Below the pieces are notes generated by a model, which worked only from the letters and a program-made list of their open reading frames with translations, did no database searches and was not told the origin of the DNA. A stretch of 42,032 nucleotides of DNA from a virus. Its lineage: Duplodnaviria; Caudoviricetes. The stretch is from the IMG/VR virus record IMGVR_UViG_3300038318_000193, positions 1 to 42,032 of that record; one strand, 5' to 3'. Numbering within the stretch: the stretch's first letter is position 1; the number at the start of each line of letters is the position of its first letter. The position numbers and the translations under genes are program-made. This document shows, one piece after another, positions 39,701 to 42,032 of this stretch.

Positions 39701-42032
39701 CTTTCTATACTACTTTTGGTACTGAGGGAGTAGGTACTCATTTTAAATGGTTCTTCATTAACTATGATAATGATACTATTGTAGATAAGATTAATGACGG
39801 TCACTTAATTTATGATTACTCATTTAATAGATCGACTCCTTCTAATACTACTCAAGATGGTGAGGATTATCACTATATGGGGCATGATTCAGTATTATGG
39901 AATAACCTAGAAGCTGATAGTGAATTCATGAGTATTGTTGAGGATGTAGATAATGCTATTTATTCTGGAGGAATGACTTACAAGTCAGTTATCAATATGT
40001 TTGATACCAAACAAAGAAATATCTGGCCTGAGAGAATATTTAACTCGAATCAGATATATAAGTACCTTGAACCTTACTACAAAGATGGGACGAATAATCT
40101 GTTTATGCTTAATGGTTCAATGAAATCACATGATCATTGGTGGTTAAGTCATCGTTTTGATTTATATGATGCTATATTTGTATCTGGTAATTATAAAGGT
40201 AAGAATATTGAATTTAAAGTAACATCAGGACAAAAGAGTTTTACTATAACATCAGGAAACAGTGGAATATATTTTGGTTATGGTATCAATAATGATGCTA
40301 TAGAGACTGGTATAAAGATACCATTTGGAAGCTCACATACATTTAACTTGCCTAGAGCATTGGCAATAGGTGATCCAGTCAGAATATACTCTGCTCAGAA
40401 TATTAAAGGAGTAAATCTGAGTGCATATATGTCTACACTCACTGATTTATCACTAGGTGGTGCTTATAACTCTGAGTCTGGGGACACTCAATTATCTGAG
40501 ATTATATTAAGTGATGGTACAAACTCCAATGCTATGTTAGAGAGTATATCAGGATTAGATAGTCTTAGTAAATTGACTAAGCTGGATATTAGAAATTATA
40601 CTAAACTTACTAGTATCTCATTAGTAAATAATAAATTACTTACTACATTACTTGCATCAGGTAGTGGAATAGGATCAGTTGATTTACCAACTGGATCACC
40701 TATTACTACTTTATCATTACCCTCAATGAAGATTCTGCTATTATCTGATTTACCGAATCTTACAATGTCAGGATTAACATTAGATGACAAGGGAGTTACT
40801 CTTAATGATATTGAGATAAATAATTGTGCTGGATTAGGTGGAAGTAGTATGCAGAGTTTTATTACTTCTTGGATGACTAATAAAACTACAGCAAGTGCAA
40901 GTTGTATATTGAAGTTAGATAATATTAATTGGACTTCATTTGATCCTGCTATACTAATTAGCATGGGAAGTATAGGTACTCTTTCACTAAAAGGTAAAAT
41001 TGTACTATCATCAATTACTCAATCTCAATATAATCAGATTACAAATCTATTTGGAGTTAATGTTTGGAATCTAAATAATAGTTTATCCATTAATGCTGCA
41101 TCTGGAGCATTTATAGGTGGTCCATCATCAGTAAATTGGAAATCAACTGGTAGATTTAGTGCAACAATATTTCCACTATCATCCTCTCAGGTAATCACTT
41201 GGTCAGTTTTAAACTCAAGTGGTGCATCAGTAACTGGTATCTCTATTGATTCTACTGGATTATTAACTACTACTGCTGATTTATCGAAGGATGTACAAAT
41301 GGTAGTTAAAGCAGTTTCTGGGTCAACTAATGTTAGTATGAATGTGATATGTTATGGACCTGTATATCCTACTTCAGATAGTTATCTAACTGCTCCAAAG
41401 TCCATTCATACTACTGGTGACGTTAGTATACCTTTAACTATAGTTCCAGCAAATGCGAATGGTACTTATACAGTTGATTGGATTATTACTGGAACTCCTG
41501 TTACTGATGGTTATGTTACTATTAAGTCACAAAATGACTCAGGAATAATACTAAATGTAAATACTGTTTATCAGGACACTAACATTCATGAGATAGTTAT
41601 AACTGCTACAATTACTCGTACTGACGGAAATATTTATGCGATAAAAACATCTGCTGTTATAACTACGCAGGATTTTCTGTTTACAAGTAATGACAATGCA
41701 GAGGTAGTTGCTAAAATGTATGCTGCCAAGAAATGTGCATCATCTTATGGTATGACCAAAGCAGAATGCGAATCAGTTACTGATTTAGGAAGCGGATCAT
41801 CTGCAATGTTTTACAATGATACAAATCTGAAATCCTTTGACGAATTACAGTATTTTACAGGACTTACTAGTTTAGGAGATTCCTGTTTTATGAATTGTAC
41901 TTCATTGACTAACATAACCTTACCTAGTAGTATAACTAGTTTAGGACAGAATTGTTTTATGAGTTGTACTTCATTGACTAGCATAACATTACCTAATAGT
42001 ATAACTCGTTTAGGAGATTCCTGTTTTACCAA
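36712..42032 (+). CDS. Giant (>1770 aa, 3'-truncated) virion protein: beta-rich N-terminus, LamG-like region, CotH-like kinase, LRR, Ig-like region, BspA-type LRR
   Basis: ATG 36712 (MAQKVYDNDIDK); the segments I translated stay in one frame to the window end. Motifs: LQGTSSLGYPRKNWKI, KADYMDSS, GQYNFLNDK, AVDQVVKN, NYDNDT; ends in FDELQYFTGLTSLGDSCFMNCTSLTNITLPSS repeats. Confidence 0.85.
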   Translation, partial: MAQKVYDNDIDKSVEWSGDSTTGNLPVSGRAIQKFLKNGLETRFGSLYYDQNNNRYVAFADTTDRDLYIKDPVTNLGLVLATWDAPAAYTVTYQLLTETTVYILNGQTGNYIRYTFATVNKNNQPIGEAVSVTYNFTNGNTKTSVKKEYAAGTTVEFLLDNYINIGTNRIQVVITGLTTLISTSFLITYNVVQLDLATSYNMATVNKTNILVIPYTLTGAGAKTTEFYIDGHKVTALGEDTATATSVSKSRTIDLSSFNLKDGIHNLQIRSYVINNSQTFYSNTLYRNFIIDKSANLTGNYVGVGTDLPSGSLIATGNNLEISVTQFEQFSISYFGYSSGAITTIPITVKLGTLTIASINTTNDIVNTWNYISHNYGTDTLHFITSDQDLPINLDIAQSTTGLTEVTSGLTVKLNAVGRSNNDTDKNSWTYGNYSTIFNNFQWTPQSGWDGTSLVMSNGSNIEVNVKPFNSDIKATGMAIEVDFMATNVIDDNAIIFSCVNTDTNVGCIITGQMISMTSPAGTTCKMMYAAEERNHVIFMITKTSETYHNLMMIFINGIMSASAVYQNTESFTGQQTVKVGNAAGNAGIKLYNLKTFTSDFSDDDAVNEYIISKEDSSELLELYNKNNIYDENGEVSIDKISAICPVMKVTGDLDTLMATSDKNVKVHVDIDYINLQDPKKSFTTKGTEMKLQGTSSLGYPRKNWKINLKTGSSKMWDSDDNPVDGLEYTLYDDDPAESKWTFKADYMDSSMSRNSSIARLWNDAMYNAQIGGGYSLRTDPQVYQAANPTVYPYKVRTTPNSLPIVMFYRETESNDWIFLGQYNFLNDKGNDTLYGFKGVTGFDNSNAICFEGLENTTTLSKFRDVSTFDASWNNTWSFRYPDYDDASGLNPSKLTDRASKIASLKDFVTWINSTIHEDGTVYGPTITINAEYKANDADYKALIAGNGGSNIFTGNATNRQLKFKWEKWDHFDVYKLAAYYVYLMRYGAVDQVVKNTFYTTFGTEGVGTHFKWFFINYDNDTIVDKINDGHLIYDYSFNRSTPSNTTQDGEDYHYMGHDSVLWNNLEADSEFMSIVEDVDNAIYSGGMTYKSVINMFDTKQRNIWPERIFNSNQIYKYLEPYYKDGTNNLFMLNGSMKSHDHWWLSHRFDLYDAIFVSGNYKGKNIEFKVTSGQKSFTITSGNSGIYFGYGINNDAIETGIKIPFGSSHTFNLPRALAIGDPVRIYSAQNIKGVNLSAYMSTLTDLSLGGAYNSESGDTQLSEIILSDGTNSNAMLESISGLDSLSKLTKLDIRNYTKLTSISLVNNKLLTTLLASGSGIGSVDLPTGSPITTLSLPSMKILLLSDLPNLTMSGLTLDDKGVTLNDIEINNCAGLGGSSMQSFITSWMTNKTTASASCILKLDNINWTSFDPAILISMGSIGTLSLKGKIVLSSITQSQYNQITNLFGVNVWNLNNSLSINAASGAFIGGPSSVNWKSTGRFSATIFPLSSSQVITWSVLNSSGASVTGISIDSTGLLTTTADLSKDVQMVVKAVSGSTNVSMNVICYGPVYPTSDSYLTAPKSIHTTGDVSIPLTIVPANANGTYTVDWIITGTPVTDGYVTIKSQNDSGIILNVNTVYQDTNIHEIVITATITRTDGNIYAIKTSAVITTQDFLFTSNDNAEVVAKMYAAKKCASSYGMTKAECESVTDLGSGSSAMFYNDTNLKSFDELQYFTGLTSLGDSCFMNCTSLTNITLPSSITSLGQNCFMSCTSLTSITLPNSITRLGDSCFT
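41866..42032 (+). repeat. 69-bp tandem repeats encoding 23-aa BspA/LRR_5 units
   Basis: Units start at 41866, 41935 and 42004 (actagtttagga.../actcgtttagga...). Confidence 0.9.

Noticed and set aside
2061-42032. All minus-strand ORFs in the six-frame track
   Set aside because: They are short, lie antisense to well-supported + strand genes, and have the Phe/Leu/Ile/Ser-rich composition of shadow ORFs.
1-42032. Stop-codon reassignment as in some crAss-like/Lak phages
   Set aside because: Genes are full length in code 11, and TAG and TGA both end genes at sensible boundaries (e.g. 4809, 12827, 14335).
36703-42032. Apparent 5-kb non-coding gap in the ORF track
   Set aside because: It is a long + strand ORF running off the window end.
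41866-42032. BspA repeats as a DGR target
   Set aside because: No template repeat or reverse transcriptase is in the window and the gene end is not visible, so it cannot be supported.
1-42032. tRNA, rRNA, integrase, transposase, intron or intein
   Set aside because: Intergenic gaps are short and AT-rich, and I recognised no such motifs.

Overview
This is a 42-kb, very AT-rich, single-direction (+ strand) virion morphogenesis region of a large contractile-tailed dsDNA phage. It uses the standard genetic code. The capsid, neck, sheath and baseplate order resembles SPO1/Twort-like phages. The host is probably Bacteroidota: there are no Shine-Dalgarno sites, initiation regions are A/T-rich, there is a TTTG-N19-TAnnTTT promoter, and the giant virion protein carries CotH-like and BspA-like LRR regions. 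From 11.1 kb on, the order is protease/scaffold, major capsid, neck, sheath, tube, chaperones, tape measure, hub, spike, baseplate, fibers, and a >1770-aa ORF that the ORF track missed. The first 11 kb holds three notable things. (1) Unrelated enzyme domains (zincin, AAA ATPase, InPase-like, unknown) share a transplanted ~31-aa tag and/or an N-terminal leader, punctuated by [hydrophobic]-x-K-[A/S/G] motifs also found in the capsid and scaffold; this looks like a modular system for packaging cargo proteins into the head. (2) A radical SAM / PIG-L deacetylase / glycosyltransferase cassette. (3) An apparently split GH108 endolysin whose missing C-terminal peptidoglycan-binding motif sits on the adjacent lipoprotein. 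All family assignments come from recognising motifs by eye; no database search was run.
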